DNA of 64,000 bases, taken from the NCBI GenBank assembly GCA_937922235.1, contig CAKZVC010000033.1, forward strand, positions 7,274-71,273. The letters run 5' to 3'. Position 1 is the stretch's first letter. Every line of letters begins with the position of its first letter. The notes beneath the pieces were generated by a model. The model had not been told where the DNA came from. It saw only the letters and a program-made list of their open reading frames with translations, and made no database searches. This document shows, piece after piece, positions 56,759 through 64,000 of the stretch. The position numbers and the translations under genes are program-made. This DNA is from an uncultured Acidimicrobiales bacterium (lineage in GTDB: Bacteria; Actinomycetota; Acidimicrobiia; Acidimicrobiales; SHLQ01).

Positions 56759-57391
56759 ATGAGCGGTACCAATCTGACCGAACGCCAGCAGTCGATCCTC
56801 GACTTCATCGATACCCAAAACCGGGAGCGGGGCTATCCCCCGTCCGTAAGGGAAATCGGCGCAGCCGTCGGCCTCACCTCCCCATCCACCGTGCACAGCC
56901 ACCTCAACACGCTCCAGAAGCTGGGCTACCTCCGACGTGACCCGTCGAAGCCTCGCGCCATCGAAGTGCGCTACGACCCGAACTCCGGCGCCGTCATGGA
57001 ACGCGCTGCGGTCACCCACGTGCCGCTCGTGGGCGACGTCGCCGCAGGCACCGACGTGCTCGCACACGAGAACGTCGAAGAGCTCATGCCACTGCCAACG
57101 GAATTCACCGGCGAGGGCGAGCTCTACATGCTGCGTGTTCGCGGCGAGTCGATGATCAATGCCGGCATCCACGACGGCGACTTCGTCGTGGTCTGCCGCC
57201 AGAACACCGCCCAGAACGGCGAGATCGTCATCGCCGGAATTCCGGGCGAAGAGGCAACCGTCAAGACCTATAGCGCAAAGGGCAACACCGTCACGCTGCT
57301 ACCAGCGAACGACAGCCTCGAGCCGATGGTCTTCGAACCAGGCGAGGTCGAAGTCTTCGGCAAGGTCGTGACCGTCCTTCGCCGCTACTAA
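56759..57391 (+). CDS. lexA: SOS repressor LexA
   Basis: GYPPSVREIG, VAAG cleavage site, GESM (Ser), TVK (Lys). Confidence 0.96.
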   Translation: MSGTNLTERQQSILDFIDTQNRERGYPPSVREIGAAVGLTSPSTVHSHLNTLQKLGYLRRDPSKPRAIEVRYDPNSGAVMERAAVTHVPLVGDVAAGTDVLAHENVEELMPLPTEFTGEGELYMLRVRGESMINAGIHDGDFVVVCRQNTAQNGEIVIAGIPGEEATVKTYSAKGNTVTLLPANDSLEPMVFEPGEVEVFGKVVTVLRRY

Positions 57392-57533
57392 TCAGCCGTA
57401 GCCATATGACCGGAGGTGAAGCGAGGTCAGCGCTTTACCTTCGGTACAGGTTCAACGCACCCGGCAATACTCACCTTGTCGATAGACGAGGTCGCTTTCG
57501 CTCACCGATGGAGCTCCTTGACGGATGTTGCGG

Positions 57534-57905
57534 CTACGTCGCCGAGCTTTCGCTTCCCAGGCCCTTGTAGTGCCAGGCCGCGATTCCAGCGACAATCAAT
57601 CCGTCCAGTAGCGCCAGTCCCTGTCCTAACGGACGACTCACCATTCCCGTCACGACGACAACGATCATGAGTATTGGGTATGGAGCGATCATCGAGAGGT
57701 TCAGCTTCGCCAACTTTGCCGTATCGACCTTGGGAAGAAGCGCCAAGATAATCAGTGCATGCCTGAGGATGAGAGCGCCAATACCGATCAGCAATAACAA
57801 CCCGCTTGCGGTCCCGAAGATGGCGTTGGCCATGAGTGGCAAGCGGAGTTCGTGGGACATCTCGCGCTGCGAGAGTGTGATCGAAGTCATGTCGGATTCA
57901 GTCAT
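57534..57905 (-). CDS. small multi-TM membrane protein
   Basis: Hydrophobic C-terminal part of ORF 57534..58841 (LMANAIF...); divergent from AraC. Confidence 0.6.
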   Translation of the reverse strand: MTESDMTSITLSQREMSHELRLPLMANAIFGTASGLLLLIGIGALILRHALIILALLPKVDTAKLAKLNLSMIAPYPILMIVVVVTGMVSRPLGQGLALLDGLIVAGIAAWHYKGLGSESSAT

Positions 57906-58044
57906 GTTTAGCCTTGCTCTAGGTGGCCGTTGCTTGTTCGAAGTGGACGTTGCTTGTTCGAAGAATGTGCAGACCCGGCCATGCAAGCCAGGAAACGCTA
58001 TTAGTGTGAGTCTGGTGAGTGGCGAGCGGTCCGCAAGTGAGTCG

Positions 58045-58749
58045 ATGCTCGTCATCGATGCCGGACGGATCCTGTTCGTGACAACGGTCGGCGAGGTGCC
58101 AGAGCATCGTGCGATGGTTCCTCTGTTTGCTGCTGGTCTCGATGGCGAGTACGGGATCACCGTCGGCGGAGTTGAGCGACGCTTCCGCACATCGATCGCC
58201 CCGGCCGACCTTGTCCGTCGAGTAAACGGTTTTGAAAAACGTATGGCTGTCATGGCGATCGACCCTCTTTTAGCTCCGGCCATGCCCGCAAGCCCGACGC
58301 TCTGCCTCGAGGCTCTGGACGACCTCGTCGAAGACTTCAGCCCAGCCGCATGGGTGAGATTGTGTTCAGCCATCGGGCTCGCCAAAACCGATGCCGAACA
58401 CCCGGCTGAGCTCGTCGAAGCAGTGCGCCTCGTGAGGCAGTCCAGCGAGGAGAACGTTCCGGGCAAAGCGATAGCGAGCGAGGTCGGTTTCTCTCTATCC
58501 CATCTGCAGCACCTCTTCCGAATCCACCTTGGGACATCGATGCGTTCGTACCGAACGTGGTGCCGATTCGTGAGACTCGCGAGTGCCACAGCCGAAGGAC
58601 AGAGCCTCACCGCGGGCGCTTCTACAGCGGGATTCTTCGACTCGGCACATCTCACGCGATCCTTCAACCACACCTTTGGCGTCCCGCCGTCGTTCGTATC
58701 CGGTAGCGAAGTCAAGATCCACGTCGTGTCCTCGAGCCAAGAACTCTGA
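58045..58749 (+). CDS. AraC family regulator
   Basis: IASEVGFSLSHLQHLFR, AGFFDSAHLTRSF..FGVPPS; start uncertain. Confidence 0.85.
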   Translation: MLVIDAGRILFVTTVGEVPEHRAMVPLFAAGLDGEYGITVGGVERRFRTSIAPADLVRRVNGFEKRMAVMAIDPLLAPAMPASPTLCLEALDDLVEDFSPAAWVRLCSAIGLAKTDAEHPAELVEAVRLVRQSSEENVPGKAIASEVGFSLSHLQHLFRIHLGTSMRSYRTWCRFVRLASATAEGQSLTAGASTAGFFDSAHLTRSFNHTFGVPPSFVSGSEVKIHVVSSSQEL

Positions 58750-58851
58750 ATGCGGCGTCTCACAACAACAGTCTGAACACCGACCGCCAACCACGCTTGT
58801 ACATTCGAACGACGCCCAGTCCGGAAACGTTGAGTTTCCACACCTCTTTAG

Positions 58852-58900
58852 TGGTGGCGGGGGCAGGATTACACCTGCGGCCTTCGGGTTATGAGCCCGA
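58852..58900 (-). pseudogene. 3' remnant of tRNA-fMet(CAT), possible att scar
   Basis: TCGGGCTCATAACCCGAAGGCCGCAGGTGTAATCCTGCCCCCGCCACCA; intact anticodon arm, damaged T-loop, no D-arm or 5' acceptor strand. Confidence 0.8.
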
Positions 58901-58941
58901 AGACGTTGTCCATGACTTTCGAAGCAAGTCTTCGTCAGCGC

Positions 58942-60009
58942 CTAGACGCCGGTTCGGAGTAGTTCTTCTAGGGCCTGATAGGCCATCACCAAGGGCACCT
59001 CATTGAGGTGCTCTTGTTGCGTATGGGCCAAGGTTGCGTCCCCGGGCCCGAAGTTCACCGCAGGGATGCCCTGTTCGGCGAAGAACGCCACGTCGGTCCA
59101 ACCAAGCTTGGCCCGCACGAGGATGTCGTTGCGCCCAATAAACGAGGCCATCAGAGGATGGCGCAGATCGGGTCGTGCTGGTGGCGACATATCGGTCAAC
59201 TCAAGCGTGTCGCCCTCTTCCATAAACGGAGCGACAACCGAGCGTACGTACGCTTCAGCCTCAGCAGGCGTGCGGTCAGGTGCGAAACGGTGGTTCACGG
59301 TGACGCTCGCAGCATCGGGCACGACGTTGCCCGCTACTCCCCCGTCAATGAACACGGCCTGCAGCGCTTCTCGGTATTTGCAGCCATCGATGACCGGCTC
59401 GCGGAATGGCAAGTCATCGAGGGTGGCGAGCAGCGCACCCATCCGGTGGATTGCGTTGCGACCCATCCATGGGCGAGCGGTGTGGGCCCGTGCGCCGCGC
59501 AGAGTGATCTTGGCCCGCATGGTTCCTTGGCATCCAGCTTCGACTACGGCGTCGGTTGGCTCGCCCAGAATGGCAACATCTGCTGCGAGCAGATCGGGGA
59601 CCTTCTCGAAAAGCTCACGCAAGCCATTGTGTTCGATCGCTACCTCTTCTCGGGCGTAGAACACATAGGTGACGTCGACCATTGGCTCAGTGACCGTGCG
59701 TGCGAGCTCGAGCATGACTGCGAGGCCGCCCTTCATGTCGGAGGCGCCGAGCCCGTGGAGGACCTGTCCCTCGATTCGAGCGGTTGCGTTGTTATTGACC
59801 GGCACCGTGTCGAGGTGCCCACCGAGCGCAACGCGGAACTTGCGGTTTAGGTTGGTGCGAGCAACCACATTGTCGCCAATGCGAGTGACTTCGAGGCCAG
59901 GGACCTTTGAAAGCTCGGCCTCAAACCAGTCAGCGATTGGCCCTTCCTCGAAACTCACCGACGGCATGTCGATCAGGTCGGCGGTCAGTTGCAGAAGCGG
60001 ATGAACCAT
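58942..60009 (-). CDS. dapE: succinyl-diaminopimelate desuccinylase
   Basis: GHLDTVP, GLGASDMKGG, REEV, AHTARPW, GWTDVA. Confidence 0.92.
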   Translation of the reverse strand: MVHPLLQLTADLIDMPSVSFEEGPIADWFEAELSKVPGLEVTRIGDNVVARTNLNRKFRVALGGHLDTVPVNNNATARIEGQVLHGLGASDMKGGLAVMLELARTVTEPMVDVTYVFYAREEVAIEHNGLRELFEKVPDLLAADVAILGEPTDAVVEAGCQGTMRAKITLRGARAHTARPWMGRNAIHRMGALLATLDDLPFREPVIDGCKYREALQAVFIDGGVAGNVVPDAASVTVNHRFAPDRTPAEAEAYVRSVVAPFMEEGDTLELTDMSPPARPDLRHPLMASFIGRNDILVRAKLGWTDVAFFAEQGIPAVNFGPGDATLAHTQQEHLNEVPLVMAYQALEELLRTGV

Positions 60010-60019
60010 ACGTCGCAGG

Positions 60020-61138
60020 CTAACCGGCGGGCATTGCGGCGAGTCGGCGTTCGAGCTCGGCGATTGCGTCATCATCTTGGACGACGGCAACACGGATGTA
60101 GTTGTCGCTGACCTTGCCGTAGAAGTCGCCAGGAGAGACGATCAGGCCGACATCTCGGGCAAGCTTCTCGGCCCAATGCCACCCGTCGCCACCAGGGGTC
60201 GGAACCCACAGGTAGAACCCGCCGCCCGGCATCGTGGCCTCGAGCCCCATCTTCGCCAGGAACTCGATCATTGCCTGCATACGACGCTTGTAGGCCGCCT
60301 TCTGTGCGGTGACATGCTCTTGGTCGCCAAGGGCAACGGCGGCCGCGTGCTGAGTTGGACCTGGAACCATGGCACCAACGTGCTTTCGGATCTCGCGCAA
60401 CCAATGAACGAGCTCGGGGTCGCCGGCGTAGTAGCCAGCGCGGACACCGGCCAGGTTGGAACGCTTCGACAAGCTGTGGACTGCGAGTACGCCGTCAAGG
60501 CCATGCTGGAGGATTGTCTCCTTTGGCCTGTCCCACGTGAACTCGATGTAGCACTCGTCGCTGATGACCGGGACACCGTGTGTACGGCCCCATGCGGCGG
60601 CAGCACCGAGGTCATCGATGCCTCCGGCAGGGTTTCCTGGTGTGTTGATCCAGAGCAGCAGCGCCCGGTCGATGTCGGCCTGATCGATCGCGTCGAGACG
60701 GATCCGCCATTGGTCGTCGACTGGTACGGGCACGGCCCGGCAGCCGGCAAGATCGGCGCCCATCTCGTAACTCGGATAGCTCACGGCGGGATACAACACC
60801 GTGTCTTTCGATGGGTCCTTGAGGTGAAGCCAATGTGGAAGGCCAGCAACAAACTCTTTGAGACCGACGGTTGCGCCAATCTGGTTGAGCGGGACAGTCA
60901 CAGCACATTGGCTTGAGAGCCAGTCGGCGGCGGCTTGGAGGAACTCTGGAGTTCCCGTTGATGGTGGGTAGCCACGCTCTAGGCCCGAGCTCGCGAGCGC
61001 GTCGACGACCGCCTGAGGAGGGGCATCGTGGGGCGCTCCGATCGACATGTTGATGGCCGTTCCGTGAAGCTCGACCGCCATGTCCTTGAAGGCGTTCAGA
61101 CGGTCGTAGGGGTATGGCGGGAGGACGTACTGCGTCAT
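60020..61138 (-). CDS. dapC: succinyl-diaminopimelate aminotransferase
   Basis: WINTPGNP, SDECY, HSLSKRSNLAG; adjacent to dapE. Confidence 0.88.
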   Translation of the reverse strand: MTQYVLPPYPYDRLNAFKDMAVELHGTAINMSIGAPHDAPPQAVVDALASSGLERGYPPSTGTPEFLQAAADWLSSQCAVTVPLNQIGATVGLKEFVAGLPHWLHLKDPSKDTVLYPAVSYPSYEMGADLAGCRAVPVPVDDQWRIRLDAIDQADIDRALLLWINTPGNPAGGIDDLGAAAAWGRTHGVPVISDECYIEFTWDRPKETILQHGLDGVLAVHSLSKRSNLAGVRAGYYAGDPELVHWLREIRKHVGAMVPGPTQHAAAVALGDQEHVTAQKAAYKRRMQAMIEFLAKMGLEATMPGGGFYLWVPTPGGDGWHWAEKLARDVGLIVSPGDFYGKVSDNYIRVAVVQDDDAIAELERRLAAMPAG

Positions 61139-61148
61139 GGACGCAACT

Positions 61149-62576
61149 CTAAACGGCAGTGTCCTCGTCGGCTCGGTCCGGGTCGGCTTCTTCCCAGGGT
61201 TCGTCGGGTTCAACAATCATGCTGTCGCCAATCAAGAACTCGCGTAGTCGCCCTTTGGAATCAGGGTCGAGCCGAGCTCGAACTGTCATGCCATTGTCAC
61301 CAGCGAGCTCGGTGAGCACCTGACCTTCACGGTGCACCTTGGCCAGCACGTCGCCGCGGTCGTATGGGATCACGAGCTCAACAAGCTCGGTCAGCGAGCG
61401 AAGTCGGTCGCTGATCGTCTCGAGAAGCAGATCGAGCCCGGTGCCGTCATGGGCAGACACGCCGACCGATCCCGGATAGCGGCTCTGCAGGCCCGAAATA
61501 TCGGGCTGCAGGTCGATCTTGTTGAACACCATCAGCTCAGGGACGTCGGTGGCGCCGATGGCGTTCAGCGTGCGACGAACCGCATCGATGTTGCCCTGCA
61601 CGTCTGGCGCTGAGGCATCAACGACGTGCAGCAGGAGGTCGGCGTCGATGACGACATCGAGGGTGCTTTTGAACGCCTCGACCAACTGGGTGGGAAGCTT
61701 GCGAACGAACCCAACCGTGTCGGTAAGGAACACCATCTCGCCGCCGCGCATCGACAGCTTGCGGGTGGTGGCGTCGAGCGTTGCGAACAGGCGATCTTCG
61801 GCGAGCACATCGGCGTTTGTGAGACGGTTCAGCACCGACGACTTGCCCGCGTTCGTGTAGCCCACGAGCGCCACCCGACGATTCGACGTGCGCTTTCGGG
61901 CCTTCGACTGGACCTCACGGTTCTTGGCCAGCTTTCGAAGGTCGTCCTCGAGCTTATGCACTCGTCGGACGAGGCGACGCCGGTCGACCTCGAGCTGGGT
62001 TTCACCAGGACCGCGCGTACCGATGCCGCCGCCCTGTTGGGAGAACGTGCGACTTGAGCTACGCAACCGCGGCAGGCGGTATTTGAGCTGGGCCAGCTCG
62101 ACCTGCGCCTTGCCTTCCGTGCTCGAAGCGTTCTGGGCAAAGATGTCGAGAATGACGGCCGTGCGATCGAGCGCCGACCGTCCGAGAAGTTTCTCGAGGT
62201 TGCCTTGTTGGGCCGGGCTGAGCTCGTCGTCAAAAACGACGGTGTCGGAGTCGACCGCAAGCGACATGTCTTTGATCTCTTGCGCCTTGCCCTTGCCCAC
62301 AAAGGTCGCGGCGTCCGGAGCTTGGCGGCGCTGGTGAATGCGACCAACCTCATCGGCGCCTGCGGTGTCGACGAGCAGCGCGAGCTCATCGAGGGACGCG
62401 TCAGTTTCGTCGGCGCTGCCGTCGGGCATCGTGACGCCGACTAGGACGATGCGCTCTCGGAAACTTCTGTCGATGAGACCGGACGACTCGCCGCCGTATT
62501 CGCCAAACGCTCCACGGTGATCAGAGGTGAAATCGGTCGGGTTGACCTCGCCCGAGCCCGAATAATCGTCACCCAC
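61149..62576 (-). CDS. hflX: GTPase HflX
   Basis: GTRGPGETQLE, GYTNAGKSS, FATLD, DTVGF, NKID; start estimated. Confidence 0.95.
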   Translation of the reverse strand: MGDDYSGSGEVNPTDFTSDHRGAFGEYGGESSGLIDRSFRERIVLVGVTMPDGSADETDASLDELALLVDTAGADEVGRIHQRRQAPDAATFVGKGKAQEIKDMSLAVDSDTVVFDDELSPAQQGNLEKLLGRSALDRTAVILDIFAQNASSTEGKAQVELAQLKYRLPRLRSSSRTFSQQGGGIGTRGPGETQLEVDRRRLVRRVHKLEDDLRKLAKNREVQSKARKRTSNRRVALVGYTNAGKSSVLNRLTNADVLAEDRLFATLDATTRKLSMRGGEMVFLTDTVGFVRKLPTQLVEAFKSTLDVVIDADLLLHVVDASAPDVQGNIDAVRRTLNAIGATDVPELMVFNKIDLQPDISGLQSRYPGSVGVSAHDGTGLDLLLETISDRLRSLTELVELVIPYDRGDVLAKVHREGQVLTELAGDNGMTVRARLDPDSKGRLREFLIGDSMIVEPDEPWEEADPDRADEDTAV

Positions 62577-63381
62577 GAGGTACCTCGATGCTGGCGACGA
62601 AGGTTGCCGGCCCATGAAGGACAGCGCTGGTCCGTTCGGTCGTGGCAACGTCGATGGTCGCTGCGCCTCCAGGCATCACGACCGTAACCCGCTCGCCGGC
62701 GAGTCCCCATTCGTGCACCCGTTGGGCGGAGACAGTCGCCCCCGAACCGCAGGCTTGAGTGATGCCTGCACCGCGCTCCCAAACAGAGAGCTCGATCTGG
62801 TCATCGCCGCTCTGACGAACAAAATGCGCGTTTACACCGTGCGGGAAATGCGCTTCGATCTGCGGGCCGACGAGGGCTAGGTCGATAGAGGCCGGGTCGT
62901 CCACTTCGAGCACCACGTGCGGATTGCCAACCGCCCCGATCGCCCAACGATGCACCTCGCCAAGCCCGTCGATGCCATCGAGAAACGACGTAGTCCGGGG
63001 CTCGTCACCGGCGGTTACGGGCCCCATATCGGCAGCCACTGATGCAGTGGACGGATCGTCGGTCGGCGATAGCGAACACGAGCGCACTCCGGCAAGCGTG
63101 TCGACACCGATTTCGAGTGAGGTGACGTTGCGGCGCATCGCAACGGCTTGCACAAAGCAGCGAAGCCCGTTGCCAGAGATCTCCGCTGACGATCCGTCAG
63201 CGTTAAACAGCCGCATCACCACCGTTGATCCAGTGTCGATGCCAAAGATCAGGCCGTCTGCTCCGAGGCTTGTACGTCGATCGCATAGCTCGACGGCCAG
63301 TGCCGGGGCGCGTTCAGGGATCTCGTCAACGAAGGTGACGAGAAAGTCGTTTGCTAATCCGTGGTGTTTAGTGAGGTGCAT
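62569..63381 (-). CDS. dapF: diaminopimelate epimerase
   Basis: KHHGLANDF, EISGNGLRC, VGNPH, WERGAGITQACGSG. Confidence 0.93.
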   Translation of the reverse strand: MHLTKHHGLANDFLVTFVDEIPERAPALAVELCDRRTSLGADGLIFGIDTGSTVVMRLFNADGSSAEISGNGLRCFVQAVAMRRNVTSLEIGVDTLAGVRSCSLSPTDDPSTASVAADMGPVTAGDEPRTTSFLDGIDGLGEVHRWAIGAVGNPHVVLEVDDPASIDLALVGPQIEAHFPHGVNAHFVRQSGDDQIELSVWERGAGITQACGSGATVSAQRVHEWGLAGERVTVVMPGGAATIDVATTERTSAVLHGPATFVASIEVPRG

Positions 63382-63479
63382 TCGGATCCAGTATGGCCGA
63401 CGCATCCCCAGATCAACATCGGCCCGAGCGTTGAGGCGGCGGTTGCGACCGTACCACTTGGCCTATTGCTGCTCTACGT

Positions 63480-63824
63480 GTGGCCTGGGACGCTGGAGGT
63501 ATGTGGAAGGAAGACGACGCTCCCCCGCAGCGAGCTAACGCATTGCCGAGCTCAGTTCGCCGTGCCCACACGGCGGCCCGACGACCAAAGATCGCCCATG
63601 TGTTCACGGCGCTGTCGTCTCTCTGCGGCGGATTCGCTGCGCTCTTCATCACGATTGCGTTGACATCGGGCATGTGCCTTGGCGATGCCTCCGATTGCGG
63701 AGCCGTTGGCGAGGCCACCCTCCTCTTTGGCATCTTCACCGTTCCGATCGGTGTAGCGCTGGGCGCAGTCATCGGTGGAGCGCAAGTTGATCGAGCAGCT
63801 AGGGCCTACCGACCAGAGATGTAG
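63480..63824 (+). CDS. hypothetical 2-TM membrane protein
   Basis: Two hydrophobic helices flanking a C-x5-C loop; start uncertain. Confidence 0.5.
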   Translation: MAWDAGGMWKEDDAPPQRANALPSSVRRAHTAARRPKIAHVFTALSSLCGGFAALFITIALTSGMCLGDASDCGAVGEATLLFGIFTVPIGVALGAVIGGAQVDRAARAYRPEM

Positions 63825-63999
63825 CCCGGGCAATCGCTTCGCCATGTGACATCGTGCCACCGGCATCGAGGTCGACCCACTCGATCCGCGGGTCTCGCTC
63901 GAACCACTTCATCTGGCGCCGAGCGAACCGACGAGTCCGCACCCGAGCAGTCTCGAGCGCTTCGTCGAGCGGGACGCCGTCTTCGAGGTGGCTGAGCAG
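63799..63999 (-). CDS. miaA: 3' end of tRNA dimethylallyltransferase (truncated by the window edge)
   Basis: Manual translation ...TRRFARRQMKWFERDPRIEW...; miaA-dapF-hflX synteny. Confidence 0.85.
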   Translation of the reverse strand: MLSHLEDGVPLDEALETARVRTRRFARRQMKWFERDPRIEWVDLDAGGTMSHGEAIARATSLVGRP

Positions 64000-64000
64000 C

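Noticed and set aside
57534-58841. 435-aa and 360-aa overlapping ORFs as a long bidirectional gene pair
   Set aside because: Each resolves to a shorter gene (membrane protein, AraC) with a spurious N-terminal extension across the other

Overview
High-GC actinobacterial chromosome segment, most like class Acidimicrobiia (inferred from gene content and order). Most of it is housekeeping: a FAS-II operon (fabH-fabG-acpP-fabF) plus fabI, yebC-pdxT-pdxS, PIM synthesis (pgsA-patA-pimA), HIT-thrS, mshC, thiN, murF/ddl, aconitase-LysR, carboxyltransferase-gltA, tdk-nrdJ (with a LAGLIDADG intein), LysM/lexA with five SOS boxes, and dapE-dapC-hflX-dapF-miaA. Four signals stand out; the ORF track misses or splits (1)-(3). 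(1) A lipoprotein redoxin whose CxxC site is encoded TGA-CCT-ACT-TGA (UxxU, two selenocysteines), followed by a SECIS-like hairpin. (2) A 37-aa secreted peptide gene (ending NGVWHG) overlapping a MalT-like/BTAD regulator, with matching 11-bp-spaced direct repeats and a candidate sRNA, suggesting peptide signalling. (3) A 58-aa Pro-rich peptide translationally coupled to an unknown HELxKG protein. (4) A TetR-linked operon of acyl-CoA reductase-HAD fusion, LarA-like protein and acyltransferase, resembling an ether-lipid pathway. A tRNA-fMet 3' remnant and three REP-like repeat families are also present. All calls come from reading the sequence; no database searches were run.
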